64,000 nt of DNA from Deltaproteobacteria bacterium (lineage in GTDB: Bacteria; Myxococcota_A; UBA796; SXON01). The notes beneath the pieces were generated by a model. It had not been told where the DNA came from and did no database searches. It saw nothing but the letters and a program-made list of their open reading frames with translations. Positions 35,234 through 45,351 of this stretch are shown here, piece by piece; position 1 is the stretch's first letter, and the number at the start of each line of letters is the position of its first letter. Made by a program: the position numbers and the translations under genes. The stretch lies in the NCBI GenBank assembly GCA_947486185.1, contig CANKTH010000002.1, forward strand, positions 47,946 to 111,945. Direction: 5' to 3'.

Positions 35234-36157
35234 CTAACGCCGACGACCGTTGACGGCGCGCCCTCGGGACCCGATTGCCGGCCGCCAACCCGCACGAATC
35301 TGACGAAGAATGAGCGCGGCGCTCTCATCCATCTCTTCCGGGTGGCTGGCATAGAAACACGCGAGGTGCGCGAGCACCCGCACCACGCGGGCGGCCTTTA
35401 CCGCGGACGTGTCGAGCCCCGCCACTTCGTCCAAGGCGGCGATCATCGGCCGCGCGAGCTGGAGCGAGGGCCACGCGCCCGGCACCCGCGCGATGCCCGC
35501 ATTGAGCAGCTGTTCGGCCCAGCGCGGCTCTTCGCGCGCCGCCAGCGCATGTTCAAACAGGCGATCGGCCAGGAGGAGCTGCCGCTCCTCGACCGCCTCG
35601 AGCCACGCCTCCAGAAGCTCCAGCGCATCCTCCGGGAACGCACGGGGAACGACGCTGGGGCCTGGACCCGGGAAAAGCCAGACTTTTCCAATGCTCTCGC
35701 CGCGTTCGATCTCAGCCCAGAGGGGGCGCAACGACTCCGGGAGCGGCCCGCGCACCGCGCCGAGCAGGCTCCGCGCCTCGGCGATCCGGCCTACCGCGAC
35801 GCAGGCCAACACCGCCGCGCGCAAGATGCTGGGATCCAGGCGGCCACAGCCCCCGACCCGGCCAAGCCAGTCGCGACAGATGACCAGCGCCAACCACGGA
35901 AATCGTAAGGCCACGAGAGCGCGCGCGTGCTGGCGCGCGCAGCCAAGGTCCAGAGGCGCCCGCGCGTGACAGCGCCGGACCCAGTCGAGCCAGGCCACCC
36001 GATCCGCGGGCGCCGCGAGCGGCCACTCCCGTAGAAACCGACCTTCGTCCCATGGTGCCAGGTCGGGAGCCAGCGCGTCTAGCAGCGGCTCAATACGCGC
36101 CCGCTCGGCCGCGAGGGCCGTCGTGGGAATCAGGATTCGGACTACCGCCCGAGGCAT
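35234..36157 (-). CDS. Hypothetical protein (307 aa)
   Basis: Start set at ATG 36157 (MPRAVVRIL). Helical, Arg/Leu/Ala-rich. No motif recognised. Confidence 0.5.
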   Translation of the reverse strand: MPRAVVRILIPTTALAAERARIEPLLDALAPDLAPWDEGRFLREWPLAAPADRVAWLDWVRRCHARAPLDLGCARQHARALVALRFPWLALVICRDWLGRVGGCGRLDPSILRAAVLACVAVGRIAEARSLLGAVRGPLPESLRPLWAEIERGESIGKVWLFPGPGPSVVPRAFPEDALELLEAWLEAVEERQLLLADRLFEHALAAREEPRWAEQLLNAGIARVPGAWPSLQLARPMIAALDEVAGLDTSAVKAARVVRVLAHLACFYASHPEEMDESAALILRQIRAGWRPAIGSRGRAVNGRRR

Positions 36158-36372
36158 TCCCGTACTGTAGCAGAGCCCCACGCGCGCGGACGCGCCGCGC
36201 CTGCGCCGAGAAATAGGATTGTTTGCCTGCTTGGGATCGGCGGCCACGTCCCAGACGAGGCGCGACCGCGTTCAGCCGAGGTGGCGCGCGGCCGCGACGG
36301 CGACGAGCGCCTACCGGTAGAGGCACTGTCCCGGCGCGACCCGCTACCCGGGCTGCTGGCCCTAGCACCTGC

Positions 36373-37680
36373 TCACTCGCCTACCAGGAGCCGCAGGTAC
36401 AGCGCGGCGAGATCGCGCCGCATCCGTTCGGTGAGCAGGGCCACCCGCGACGCCGAGACGCCCAGCCGGGCGTCCTCGACGTCGAGAAACGCGATGCTTC
36501 CGGCCGCAAAGGCAGTCTCTGCCAACCGCTGATTCTCCTCCGCGAGCCGGAGCTCGTGCTCGACCGCCGCGAGAGCTGCGGTCGCGCCACGCCAGCTCTC
36601 CCACGCCACCCGGACCTGCTCGCGGGTCTCGTCCCGCGTCTTCTCCAGGTAGATATCGGCCGAACGCGCCATCGACGCCATCTTCTCCTGCTCGGCCACC
36701 CGCAACCCGCCGTCCCAGATCGTCCACTGTGCGTTGAGGATCACTCTCCAGCGGGTCTTCTCGTCGGTGAATCCGGTGCTCTCGCTGAAGCTGTAGCGCC
36801 CGACGAGGTTGACCCCCGGCACCCATCCGAGGTGGGTGGCGTTTCGCGCCGCACGCGCTGCCTCCCGCCGAATCTCGGCGGCGCGAATCTCGGGTCTTGC
36901 CGATAGCGCAGCCTCGATAGCCGCTTCTTCGGTGGCCCACGGCAGCTCGCGCGGCGGGGGCATCTCGAGCGGGGTGTCGGCGTCGAGCTCGGTGAGGCGG
37001 GCGAAAGCCTCCTCCGCGGTGCGCCGCTGCTCGACCGCGCGGGCGAGGTCCCTCTCCGCCCGGCTCACCGCAATCTCAGCCTGTAACCTTGAACTGGGCG
37101 GGGCCGATCCCACCCCAACCATCGCCTCCGCCATCCCCATGTGCCGCCGCGCGCTGGCTACCGCGTCCTCGGCGAGCTTGACGCCGTCTCGCGCGACCAC
37201 CACCCCGTAGTAGACCCGCGCGACGCCAAAGCGCACCTGCGCCCGCCCCGCAACGATGTCCTGGTCATAAGCATCCGCCGTCCGGCGTGCCGCCCGAAGG
37301 CCGGGCACCGCCTGACCCGAGATCAGCGGCTGCACCACCTGTGCCTCCCACGCGAGGTAGCGCTGTTTCTCGATGACCAGCGGCGGCACATCCGAGAACT
37401 CGTCGATCATCGGTTGGGCGAAGGCGAACTCTTCGGGCAGCTCGACCGCGAACATCTCGCCGAAACTGAGCTCCGTCGCGTGGTCGTTGAAGAAGTAGTT
37501 CGCCGTGAAAGTGAGCTGAGGCGACACGTAGGCCCAGGCCTGATGGCGAATGGTGTTGGTCTGGACCTCCTGCTCGCTGAGGAGCGCGAGCTCGTCGTTG
37601 TCCCGTTCGGCCGCCGCCCACGCCTCTTCGAGCGTCAGGGCGTAGCCAGAGGAAAGCAACAACATCCACGACAATGGCAC
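36373..37680 (-). CDS. TolC-family outer membrane efflux protein
   Basis: Two-repeat OEP pattern (LTLEEAWAAAERDN...; RPEIRAAEIRREAARAA...). Start uncertain: GTG 37680 or ATG 37665. The ORF-track start at 37821 would overlap the divergent gene. Confidence 0.8.
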   Translation of the reverse strand: MPLSWMLLLSSGYALTLEEAWAAAERDNDELALLSEQEVQTNTIRHQAWAYVSPQLTFTANYFFNDHATELSFGEMFAVELPEEFAFAQPMIDEFSDVPPLVIEKQRYLAWEAQVVQPLISGQAVPGLRAARRTADAYDQDIVAGRAQVRFGVARVYYGVVVARDGVKLAEDAVASARRHMGMAEAMVGVGSAPPSSRLQAEIAVSRAERDLARAVEQRRTAEEAFARLTELDADTPLEMPPPRELPWATEEAAIEAALSARPEIRAAEIRREAARAARNATHLGWVPGVNLVGRYSFSESTGFTDEKTRWRVILNAQWTIWDGGLRVAEQEKMASMARSADIYLEKTRDETREQVRVAWESWRGATAALAAVEHELRLAEENQRLAETAFAAGSIAFLDVEDARLGVSASRVALLTERMRRDLAALYLRLLVGE

Positions 37681-37795
37681 TCCGATACACCGGTTCCGGG
37701 GCCTACGGAGCGCTCCGTTCCAGCGACATGGGCCCCGCCGCCTAACCGTTCCAGCGCGCAGCGTCGCGCCAGGGCCACGAGCGGGGGGACGGGCT

Positions 37796-39034
37796 ATGTC
37801 CGCCAGGATGGACTGGCTCATCCTCGAAGGCGCGCTTCAGGTCACGGTGTCGCTCGTGCCCGTGGTCGTCGCGTGGTCCGGGGTCCTGATCTCTGCCCTC
37901 GCGGCCCTCGTGCTGGTGCTCCGCCCCGCGGGCCCCTCGGCGGCCGACGGGCTGCTTTCCTTCAGTTTCTGCACCTTGCTCGCCCTCTGTTGCCCGGCCG
38001 CGCTCCTTTTGTCGATCCGGGCGTTCGACCCGGGACGCGGGCTCTGGCTGCCGGAGACCGATCGGGGCTACCTGCTCATGGTCGTGGATGGTGCCGCGCC
38101 GGCGGCGGCCCTCCTCGTGGTCGGTCTCGGCCTCCTGGGCCACCACACGCGTGAGGGCGAGGCATCGGCCTGGTGGCGGCTCGTCGCCCTGCCCGGGCCC
38201 CTCGTGGGCCTCCTGGGCCTCGCCCACGGGCTCTATCTGGCCTTTGCCGGCCATATCCCGACCCTGCAGGCGCGAGTGCCGGGGCGGGTCCACGTCGGGC
38301 CGCCGATCCAATTTGAGGTGACCGTGCGGGAGGGCTGGGAAGGTGAGCCCCTGGCCGTAGACCGGGAGAGCCCGGGCGCCCAGTGTGCCGATGCGCGCGC
38401 CTTCCGCTGGGGGCTGGAGGCGCGCCGCGAATGGTGCTGGGAGGTCGGCCGAGATGTGGGCCCGAGCTGGCTGGAGCTCGCGGAGGGCAACCGATGGACC
38501 TGGGTCCCCACCAATGACCGGAAAGATCACCTCCTGTGGATCGTACCTTCGCGCCAGAAGGTGGAGGGGCCCCCCGTCAGCGTCGAGATCGGCGCCGCCG
38601 AGGAGAGCGATGGCGCGACCACTCACAAGGCACGCCTGGTGGGGGATACGGGCGCCGAGGACTGGCAGTTATACGCCTGGAACGGCGATGTGTACCAACA
38701 GGCGCCGCCCAAGCCCGCGGGCGAGCGCCCCCGCATGGCGGACCTGCGGTGGGCGTGGACCGAAGGGCCAACCAGCACGCTTGCGGGGCCTGTGCCGCTC
38801 AGCGACTGCCGGCTCGCCTGGTTCGCCGGTGCGCCTTGCGGCTGCGCCTCCACCGCCGCGCCCGGTATGGCCATCGCCGGCCCGCTCCTGTGTTTTGACG
38901 CTCCCGGCGCCACCACCGCCAGCACGGTCACGTCCCTACTGACCACCGTGCTCACCGGCGGCCTCGTGATCCTCGACCCCGCCGTCGAGACCACATGGCA
39001 GCTCCGCTCGGCCGTCTCGGGGAGCCGCCTCTGA
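37796..39034 (+). CDS. Hypothetical polytopic membrane protein with extracytoplasmic C-terminal domain
   Basis: About 6 N-terminal hydrophobic spans and one C-terminal span. No motif recognised. Confidence 0.55.
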   Translation: MSARMDWLILEGALQVTVSLVPVVVAWSGVLISALAALVLVLRPAGPSAADGLLSFSFCTLLALCCPAALLLSIRAFDPGRGLWLPETDRGYLLMVVDGAAPAAALLVVGLGLLGHHTREGEASAWWRLVALPGPLVGLLGLAHGLYLAFAGHIPTLQARVPGRVHVGPPIQFEVTVREGWEGEPLAVDRESPGAQCADARAFRWGLEARREWCWEVGRDVGPSWLELAEGNRWTWVPTNDRKDHLLWIVPSRQKVEGPPVSVEIGAAEESDGATTHKARLVGDTGAEDWQLYAWNGDVYQQAPPKPAGERPRMADLRWAWTEGPTSTLAGPVPLSDCRLAWFAGAPCGCASTAAPGMAIAGPLLCFDAPGATTASTVTSLLTTVLTGGLVILDPAVETTWQLRSAVSGSRL

Positions 39035-40662
39035 GCCGCGAAACGCTGGCGCGTCTTGTCCCTTTTGCAGGTTGGACCGTCGCGCTCGGAACATCGATGT
39101 GGCTCTGCGGGGTGCTCATCGCCGCCCGGCGCCTGCCCGCGGGCGACGCCGCCCACTTCATCGCCACCGAGTCGCGCCTCGCCGGCCTGGTGGCGGAGGG
39201 GGAGCTGCTACGAGCACTCACCCTATTCTTTTCTCTACTCGCACCCCATCCGCCGCTCGGCTACCTGCCGGGCGTGGTGGCCCAGCTCCTGTGGCCCGAT
39301 GCGATCGCCGCCGCGGTCATCGCCCAGGGACTCGTGCTGCTCTTGGGTTGGGACGGCCTGCGCCGACTGTTCCCGCAACAACCTCCGATGGGCGCATGGA
39401 TGATGATCCTCGGCAGCCCGATGGTCTGGCTCGCGGTGGACCAGCATGGCCGAGACCTCGTCGTCGCGGTGGTGGCGCTCCAGGCCCTCTCCCACCTGCT
39501 CGCGAGCGATGGGCTACGCGTTCGCACCTCCTCCCTCGCATTTGGCGCATGGATGGGAGTGGGGTTCATGGTGAAGTACACCTTCCCGATGTTCTTGTTT
39601 GTACCCTGCCTCTTGTCCGTAGGGGCCCTGATCTCGGCGGAGCGCAGGCGAAACCTCAGCGCAGCCGTCCTGACCTTCGTGGCGGTCGCCGGCCCCTGGT
39701 ACGCCGTCTTTGGAAGCGGCGTGCGCCGCTACCTTTTTCACTCGACCGGCGCGCACACGTCCTTCGGCAATTACCGCACGGACCTCTGGGCCACCGAGTC
39801 CATCGTGTTCTACCCGCTGGCCCTCAAGGACAGCCTGGGCTGGCCGGGTGTGACGCTCCTCGGAGTCTCCGCGGTAGTCCTTGTTTTTCAGCGGCAGGTC
39901 CGCACAGGTCTCCTCCTGATCGGGGCGAGCGCGGGCGGGCTCGCGGTGCTCTCGACGATCAACCAGGCTCAGGACCGGTACGCGGCGCCCGCCCTGCTGC
40001 TCCTCGCTGCGCTGGCTGGAGCTTTCCGTGGTTGGACCATGGTCATTCCGCTGGCCCTCGGGCTCATCCAGACCTGGTACACCGCGCGCGCCTTCGCGCC
40101 CGGCGCGCGCACCGGCGAGGCGATCCACCTCCACCCCCTCAGAAGCTGGACGGAAGCTTCGTGGCCCCGCTCGGCCTGGTACCGACCTACCGACATCGAG
40201 CTCGGCTCCTGGAAGCTCGACGAGGCCTTCACGGCGATGGCGGGCGAGCAGGGCGAGCAGGGCGAGCAGGGTACCGTGGGGCTCCTTCTCGGCGACCAGC
40301 CCTTTCTTCCAGCCTTTGGCTCGGTCGTACTCGCGGCTCAGGGTCGCGGCTATCGCTGGGACTACGGCGTGGTCAAGGTGCAGGGCCAGGACTGGACCCT
40401 CTTTCGCGGACCGCTTTTCGACGGCGCCTGGCCGCCCGGTGAGTTCCGCACCCTGCTCTCCATCCTGTGCCCAAGCGACAGCCTGGCCGGGGCGTGGCGC
40501 AGCTCCCGGGTGCGTCAGACGCTGCTCGAGAGCCCGGTCAACGGAGGTTGTACCTTGAGGGTCGATGTCGTGGCGCTGGGACCCCTGCCCGCGCTCGACG
40601 GGCCGGTCAGCTCGGAGCGGGCGGACGGAGGTCTCCCGCCCCCTCCTGAGGCCGCCCCTTGA
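38995..40662 (+). CDS. Large polytopic membrane protein, possibly ArnT/PMT-like (GT-C fold) glycosyltransferase
   Basis: More than 10 hydrophobic spans followed by a soluble C-terminal domain. The assignment rests on architecture only. Confidence 0.4.
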   Translation: MAAPLGRLGEPPLSRETLARLVPFAGWTVALGTSMWLCGVLIAARRLPAGDAAHFIATESRLAGLVAEGELLRALTLFFSLLAPHPPLGYLPGVVAQLLWPDAIAAAVIAQGLVLLLGWDGLRRLFPQQPPMGAWMMILGSPMVWLAVDQHGRDLVVAVVALQALSHLLASDGLRVRTSSLAFGAWMGVGFMVKYTFPMFLFVPCLLSVGALISAERRRNLSAAVLTFVAVAGPWYAVFGSGVRRYLFHSTGAHTSFGNYRTDLWATESIVFYPLALKDSLGWPGVTLLGVSAVVLVFQRQVRTGLLLIGASAGGLAVLSTINQAQDRYAAPALLLLAALAGAFRGWTMVIPLALGLIQTWYTARAFAPGARTGEAIHLHPLRSWTEASWPRSAWYRPTDIELGSWKLDEAFTAMAGEQGEQGEQGTVGLLLGDQPFLPAFGSVVLAAQGRGYRWDYGVVKVQGQDWTLFRGPLFDGAWPPGEFRTLLSILCPSDSLAGAWRSSRVRQTLLESPVNGGCTLRVDVVALGPLPALDGPVSSERADGGLPPPPEAAP

Positions 40663-40762
40663 ACGACCGGGGAAGCGCCGTCACCCGTCGGCCACCGAGG
40701 CTCGGCGTCGTGATTTCGGCGTAGAGCTCCCTACATCCGCGCATGCCAGTCACCCCGTCCGC

Positions 40763-42139
40763 TCAGTGCGGCACCCGGTCCAGATCGTCGCGGCGACAGA
40801 CCGTCCCGTCCACCGCCTCGACGTCCACCACCAGCGCGTCCAAGGCGGCCGCGAGCGTGCCGGCGTCCGGGACCTGATCGACGGGGAGCGGCTCGCGCTC
40901 GCCCGGGTCATTCGCCAGGTCGAAACCAACCGCGGAGCCTCCCTCACACCGGAGCTCCATCCGGCCAGACGCCGTGCTCGCGCTCACGCTCCGGAGCTCC
41001 TCCTGGGCCCAATGCTCCGCCGTCACCGCCGAACGGCAGGTAGAACGAAGGCTCTGCCCGACGGCCTGAGGAAGCGGCGGCGCGCCGAGCAGGTCGAGCA
41101 CCGTAGGGGCGAGGTCCTCTGCGGCGGTCAGGCAGAGCGCGCGGCCGGGCTCCAGATCCGGGTGAAGCAGGGCGAGGGGCACCTCGCCTACCGCCCGATG
41201 AAGGAAACCCGCGTGGCCGTATTCGTCATCGGCCCCGTCAAACAGGAGCTCGCCGTGATCGGCGGTGAGCACGACCAGCGTGTCTTCAAGCCGGCCGCGC
41301 GCGTCCAGGCCCAGGATCAGGCGTTCTACCATACGATCCAGCTCCAGGAGCTGCTCATCGTACACCGCCGAGACGGCCTCCCGGATCGGCGCGGGGTCGG
41401 AGGTCGCGGTGAGCGCCTCCCCGAGATCGGCTTGCTGCACCTCACTCATGTCATCGATGTTGAAGGGAACCAGCGCCGGATCGGACCAGCGGCCGAAGTC
41501 CTCGGGCTGCGGATCCCAAGGATCGTGGGCGTCCATCGGCTGGAACCACAGGAAGAAGGGTTGGTCCACGTCCACGCTCTCCACCCAGGTGAGCGCGGCC
41601 GAGGCCAGGGTGCCGGCATTGCTCTCCGCACCATCGTCGGGGAACAGGGTGAGCTCGGCGCTGGCGGGGAAGTCCCCCACACGCCCGAAAAACGGATTGC
41701 CCGTGTAAATCCTGGTCTCCCAGCCGAGACCGCCGAGATGCTCGGTGAGAAAGACGCCATCGAGCGCCCCGGAGTCGCCCGGCATGTCGGCGTCGCGCAC
41801 CCGGTGTTGGTGTACGGGCCGGCCCGAGAGCTGGGTGGCGGTCGCCGGCACGGTCCACGAGCTGGCCGACCACGCGCCATCGACGACCAGCCACGGCCGT
41901 CGCGTGGTGAGGGGCATCGACGCCGGCGCGTCCGAGTAAAAGGAGCTCCGGTCCTTACGAAAGGTGTCGATGTTGAGCACGACCACACTCGCTCCACCGA
42001 CCTGCCCGACCTCGAGAGCCGGCGCCGGCGGCTTCGCCTCGGTGCAAGCGCCGAGCGCCGCCGCGACCAGACCAAGTGACGAGTTTCCCCAGCTCACCGG
42101 CCACCTCGCACGGACTCGACATATCCCGCGTTCACGCAC
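40763..42139 (-). CDS. Sulfatase-like hydrolase/transferase (alkaline phosphatase superfamily) lipoprotein
   Basis: LGAC lipobox. VVLNIDTFRKD, SSWTVPATATQLSG (Thr/Ser in place of the Cys nucleophile motif), DAHDPW, LTADHGE. Confidence 0.75.
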   Translation of the reverse strand: MRERGICRVRARWPVSWGNSSLGLVAAALGACTEAKPPAPALEVGQVGGASVVVLNIDTFRKDRSSFYSDAPASMPLTTRRPWLVVDGAWSASSWTVPATATQLSGRPVHQHRVRDADMPGDSGALDGVFLTEHLGGLGWETRIYTGNPFFGRVGDFPASAELTLFPDDGAESNAGTLASAALTWVESVDVDQPFFLWFQPMDAHDPWDPQPEDFGRWSDPALVPFNIDDMSEVQQADLGEALTATSDPAPIREAVSAVYDEQLLELDRMVERLILGLDARGRLEDTLVVLTADHGELLFDGADDEYGHAGFLHRAVGEVPLALLHPDLEPGRALCLTAAEDLAPTVLDLLGAPPLPQAVGQSLRSTCRSAVTAEHWAQEELRSVSASTASGRMELRCEGGSAVGFDLANDPGEREPLPVDQVPDAGTLAAALDALVVDVEAVDGTVCRRDDLDRVPH

Positions 42140-42219
42140 CCCCGGCGCCCGCGCGCCCCTGGCGGAGGCCCGGCGGCAACTACGGCGCGGCCCACCCGTG
42201 CGGAGTATGCTGCTGGTGA

Positions 42220-43845
42220 ATGCTGAGTGCCGGCCAGACCGTCGAACGATACCGCGTAGTCCGTTTTATCGGCGAAGGCGGAATGGGTCAGGTCTTCCTG
42301 GTCGAGCATGAGCACCTTCATCAGTATTTTGCCCTCAAGCTGATCAACCGTAGCCACCCCGAGATCGTCCGGCGCGCCCGACTCGAGGCACAGACCCAGG
42401 CCAGCCTCAAACACCCCAACATCGTCGGCCTGAGTGACTTCCTGATGCTGGGCCCTTCGCCCTGTATGATCATGGAGTACGTCGAGGGGGTGACCCTGCA
42501 CGAGTGGATCAGCCACCACTTTGGCGCGCCTCCGCTGGATCAGGCCGAGCTCCTCTTTCGCGGGATCCTGGCTGGCGTCGAGACCGCCCACCAACGCGGG
42601 CTGGTGCACCGCGATCTCAAACCCGGCAACGTGCTGCTCGATCGGGAAGGTACGGCGAAAGTCGCCGATTTCGGCCTGGTGAAGGTGATGGGGGAGCTGG
42701 CGCGGTACACCACGGACGGCACGGTGGTTGGAACGCCCGGCTACATGGCGCCCGAGCAGGGTAGGGGCGCGACAACCGTGGACAAACGTACCGATGTCTA
42801 CGCGCTGGGCTGCATCTTCTACGAGATGCTCACGGGCCAGCCGCTCTTTTCGTCGTCCAGCCTGAAGTCGGCGCTCGCCGAGCAGCAGGCGCCGCTCGCA
42901 GCAGTTGCGGAGGCGCTTCCCCTTCACTTGAGCGAGGCGGTCCTGCGTTGCCTCGAGCAGGATCCCGCCGACCGTCCGGCCGACGCGACGGCGCTGCGTG
43001 AGATCCTGGGCTGGAGCCCGGGGCCCGTGATCGGCGGCGTGCCGATTCGGGAGCCAGAAGCTACCCGATCACACATCTCCAACGAGACTTATGCGCCTCC
43101 GCGGGGGGGCGGCACCGTCGCGGGGGGCACCGGGGTACCCCCCGACTCCCAAGTCAACAAAGGGGCGGATGTTCGGTTTATCTGGGCGGTGTCGGGCGCC
43201 TTCGTGGCGACCCTCGGGCTGCTCGCCGGAGCCTGGTTCGTATCGGCGCGGCTCTCCGTCGCGCCCCCACTCCCCGCCCCGGTGGTCGCCTCCCCAAACG
43301 TTACACCACTCCTCGGTTATCGCCCGATCGCGGACGAGCTCGTGTACGCGTTTGGCGCCGCGCCAGGGGGCCCCTGGGGCGAAGGTGTCGCCGTCGGTTG
43401 GGCGCCCGGGCCGGCGCGGAGCGTCGCGCTCCAGCCCGGCCTGGAGCTGGTGTCCGGCTACGAGGTCGAGTGGTTCACCGTGGTGGAACGCCATGACGTT
43501 CCGGAGGTCCTCCTGCCGTTGGCCGAGCCTCCCGTGATCGACGCCCCGGACCGCTTCGCCTGCGGCTTCGACGGGCTCCCGGCTTGCACCCGCGGCCGCC
43601 CTCCGCCGCCACCGACGCCACAGGGGGCCGGCACGCTCGACCTGCGAACCTGGCCCTACGCCCGAATCAGCGTTAATGGCAGGGAGATCGGGAGAAAAAC
43701 CCCCGCTGCCTTCGAGGTGCCCTCCGGGGTGCGACGGGTGCGCCTCACGGACAAGGACGGGGCGGTCCGCGAGCTCGACCTCAAGGTCCTGCCCAACACA
43801 ACAACGCGTTATTGTTGGAGCTTCGAGGACAACGACGAATGCTGA
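42220..43845 (+). CDS. Ser/Thr protein kinase with TM segment and C-terminal PEGA domain
   Basis: IGEGGMGQVF, ALK, HRDLKPGNVLL, DFGLVK, GTPGYMAPEQ. C-terminal ARISVNGREIGRKTPAAFEVPSGVRRVRL. Confidence 0.92.
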   Translation: MLSAGQTVERYRVVRFIGEGGMGQVFLVEHEHLHQYFALKLINRSHPEIVRRARLEAQTQASLKHPNIVGLSDFLMLGPSPCMIMEYVEGVTLHEWISHHFGAPPLDQAELLFRGILAGVETAHQRGLVHRDLKPGNVLLDREGTAKVADFGLVKVMGELARYTTDGTVVGTPGYMAPEQGRGATTVDKRTDVYALGCIFYEMLTGQPLFSSSSLKSALAEQQAPLAAVAEALPLHLSEAVLRCLEQDPADRPADATALREILGWSPGPVIGGVPIREPEATRSHISNETYAPPRGGGTVAGGTGVPPDSQVNKGADVRFIWAVSGAFVATLGLLAGAWFVSARLSVAPPLPAPVVASPNVTPLLGYRPIADELVYAFGAAPGGPWGEGVAVGWAPGPARSVALQPGLELVSGYEVEWFTVVERHDVPEVLLPLAEPPVIDAPDRFACGFDGLPACTRGRPPPPPTPQGAGTLDLRTWPYARISVNGREIGRKTPAAFEVPSGVRRVRLTDKDGAVRELDLKVLPNTTTRYCWSFEDNDEC

Positions 43846-44972
43846 CCCTGTGTGCCGCGGGCTGGGCCCTGACCCCGGTCCTGCTGTCAAATCCGACGGA
43901 GGAGGCGATGCCTCGGGTCGCGCTGGACAGCGGTACGCCAAGCTGGGAGCTGACGCCGCTCGTTCTGCCGGTCGCGTTGCCTGAGGTGACCCTGCTCGGA
44001 GCTGCCGACGCGGCGTGCGCGGCGCAGGTGCCCTCGCTGGACGCGCTCCGAGAGGCCACACGCGCCGCCGAGAACCGACTGCGTGAAGGCCGCTTCTCGG
44101 TGATGCGGGACGTGTTGGGGCCACAGCTCCGTTGGCTCCCCTGTCTTCAGGTGCCCGCCGAAGTGTCGTTGGTGAGCCGGGCGCTGTTCCTGTACGGATA
44201 TGCCTCGTTTGAGATGGGTGATGCTGCGACGGCCACCACGGCCTGGAGGCGCGCGCGCGATTTCTATCCAGAGCTCAAGTGGGATGATCGGATCGATCCC
44301 GAGCGCGGCCGCCTGTTCCGGGAGGTCCTGGCCGAGCCCGTCGTGCTCAACTTCAGCCTTTTTGTCGGGCCAGGACTGGTGCCGCCGCTCGTCGATGGCC
44401 GCCCGGTCACCGTAGAAGAGCAGCGTGTCCGCCTTCGGGCCGGCCCCCACATCGTCCAGACTCTGAGCCCGGCGCGTACGTGGCTGGTTGAGGCTGAGCC
44501 CGGCGGAGCGGCGGTGCTGATCCACGGCGCTGCTTTCACGGCGGAGAGCCTCGCAGATCCGGCCATTCAGCCGGTGCTCACCGCGCTGATCAACCTGGAG
44601 CAACAAGGACAATCCAACGCGCTGGCCTGGGATGGCATACAGACCTGGCGGCTCGACGGCGCCTCCTGGGCCGCGCTGCCGGCCTCAGATACGCTGGAGG
44701 CGCGCGCGCGCCAACGGCCCGCCCAGGTGCTCCTCGGCGCGGGCATCGCGACGACGGGCGTCGGGGCCGCCCTCGTCGCGACCGAGCTGATCCAGATGCG
44801 GCAGATGCGGACTCGCGAACCGGAGGGCTACGGCGCGGTGGGCATCAAGGACTATGAGTGGCGGCAGCGGACGGCGGACCGCTACGCGACAGGGGCGTGG
44901 GTAGCCGGGGGCGTCACCACCCTCGGGTTGGCGCTGGGCACCGTCGGATGGGTGATCGGCGGCGAGTTCTGA
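43839..44972 (+). CDS. Hypothetical secreted/membrane protein translationally coupled to the kinase
   Basis: ATGCTGA overlap with the kinase stop. N-terminal signal-like segment and two C-terminal hydrophobic spans. Confidence 0.6.
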   Translation: MLTLCAAGWALTPVLLSNPTEEAMPRVALDSGTPSWELTPLVLPVALPEVTLLGAADAACAAQVPSLDALREATRAAENRLREGRFSVMRDVLGPQLRWLPCLQVPAEVSLVSRALFLYGYASFEMGDAATATTAWRRARDFYPELKWDDRIDPERGRLFREVLAEPVVLNFSLFVGPGLVPPLVDGRPVTVEEQRVRLRAGPHIVQTLSPARTWLVEAEPGGAAVLIHGAAFTAESLADPAIQPVLTALINLEQQGQSNALAWDGIQTWRLDGASWAALPASDTLEARARQRPAQVLLGAGIATTGVGAALVATELIQMRQMRTREPEGYGAVGIKDYEWRQRTADRYATGAWVAGGVTTLGLALGTVGWVIGGEF

Positions 44973-45351
44973 AGGTCTCGAGCTGACGAACGGCCGAGCG
45001 GGGACCGCGCAGTCACTTGACGTACCCGAGTCAGGACGCTATCGCCGCCACAAGACCGCGCCCGCGGTCGCGCCGCCGATCTCCGGCAGGTGAATCACGG
45101 GATGGAGGGCACCATGACCATTGTTCTTCCTGGATCCTCTCCCGCCGCGCCGCTGGTCTCCGTCCCGGGTTGCCCCGCCCGGCGCTGAACACCGGCCCGC
45201 GCAGCCGCGTTGAGGATCGGGGGCCCACCCCCCAAACACCCGGATCTTCGGGCCTTCGGGTCCGAGTCTTGCCCACGCTCACCCGCGCGTGGGCGCCCCT
45301 CTGTGTCCGCTCTCGAGCGGCACCTGGAATGCTGTGCTCACTCTTCACTCC

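Noticed and set aside
37681-37821. Arg-rich N-terminal extension of TolC
   Set aside because: It would overlap the divergent membrane-protein gene start (37796) by 26 nt. A GTG or ATG at 37680/37665 sits just before the hydrophobic signal-like segment. The exact start remains uncertain.
40565-42079. 504-aa plus-strand ORF
   Set aside because: Antisense to the sulfatase-like gene, which has the NIDTFRKD, DAHDPW and TADHGE motifs. The plus-frame product is Arg/Gly/His-rich without motifs.
44973-45351. 379-nt gene-free gap upstream of rsgA as a possible ncRNA or tRNA locus
   Set aside because: I found no tRNA T-loop/acceptor pattern and no SRP, RNase P, tmRNA or 6S signature strings by eye. 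The minus-strand 136-aa ORF there is Arg/Gly-rich and not protein-like. The gap may simply be a long 5' UTR or promoter region (TTGACG-N17-TATCGC at about 45017-45045).
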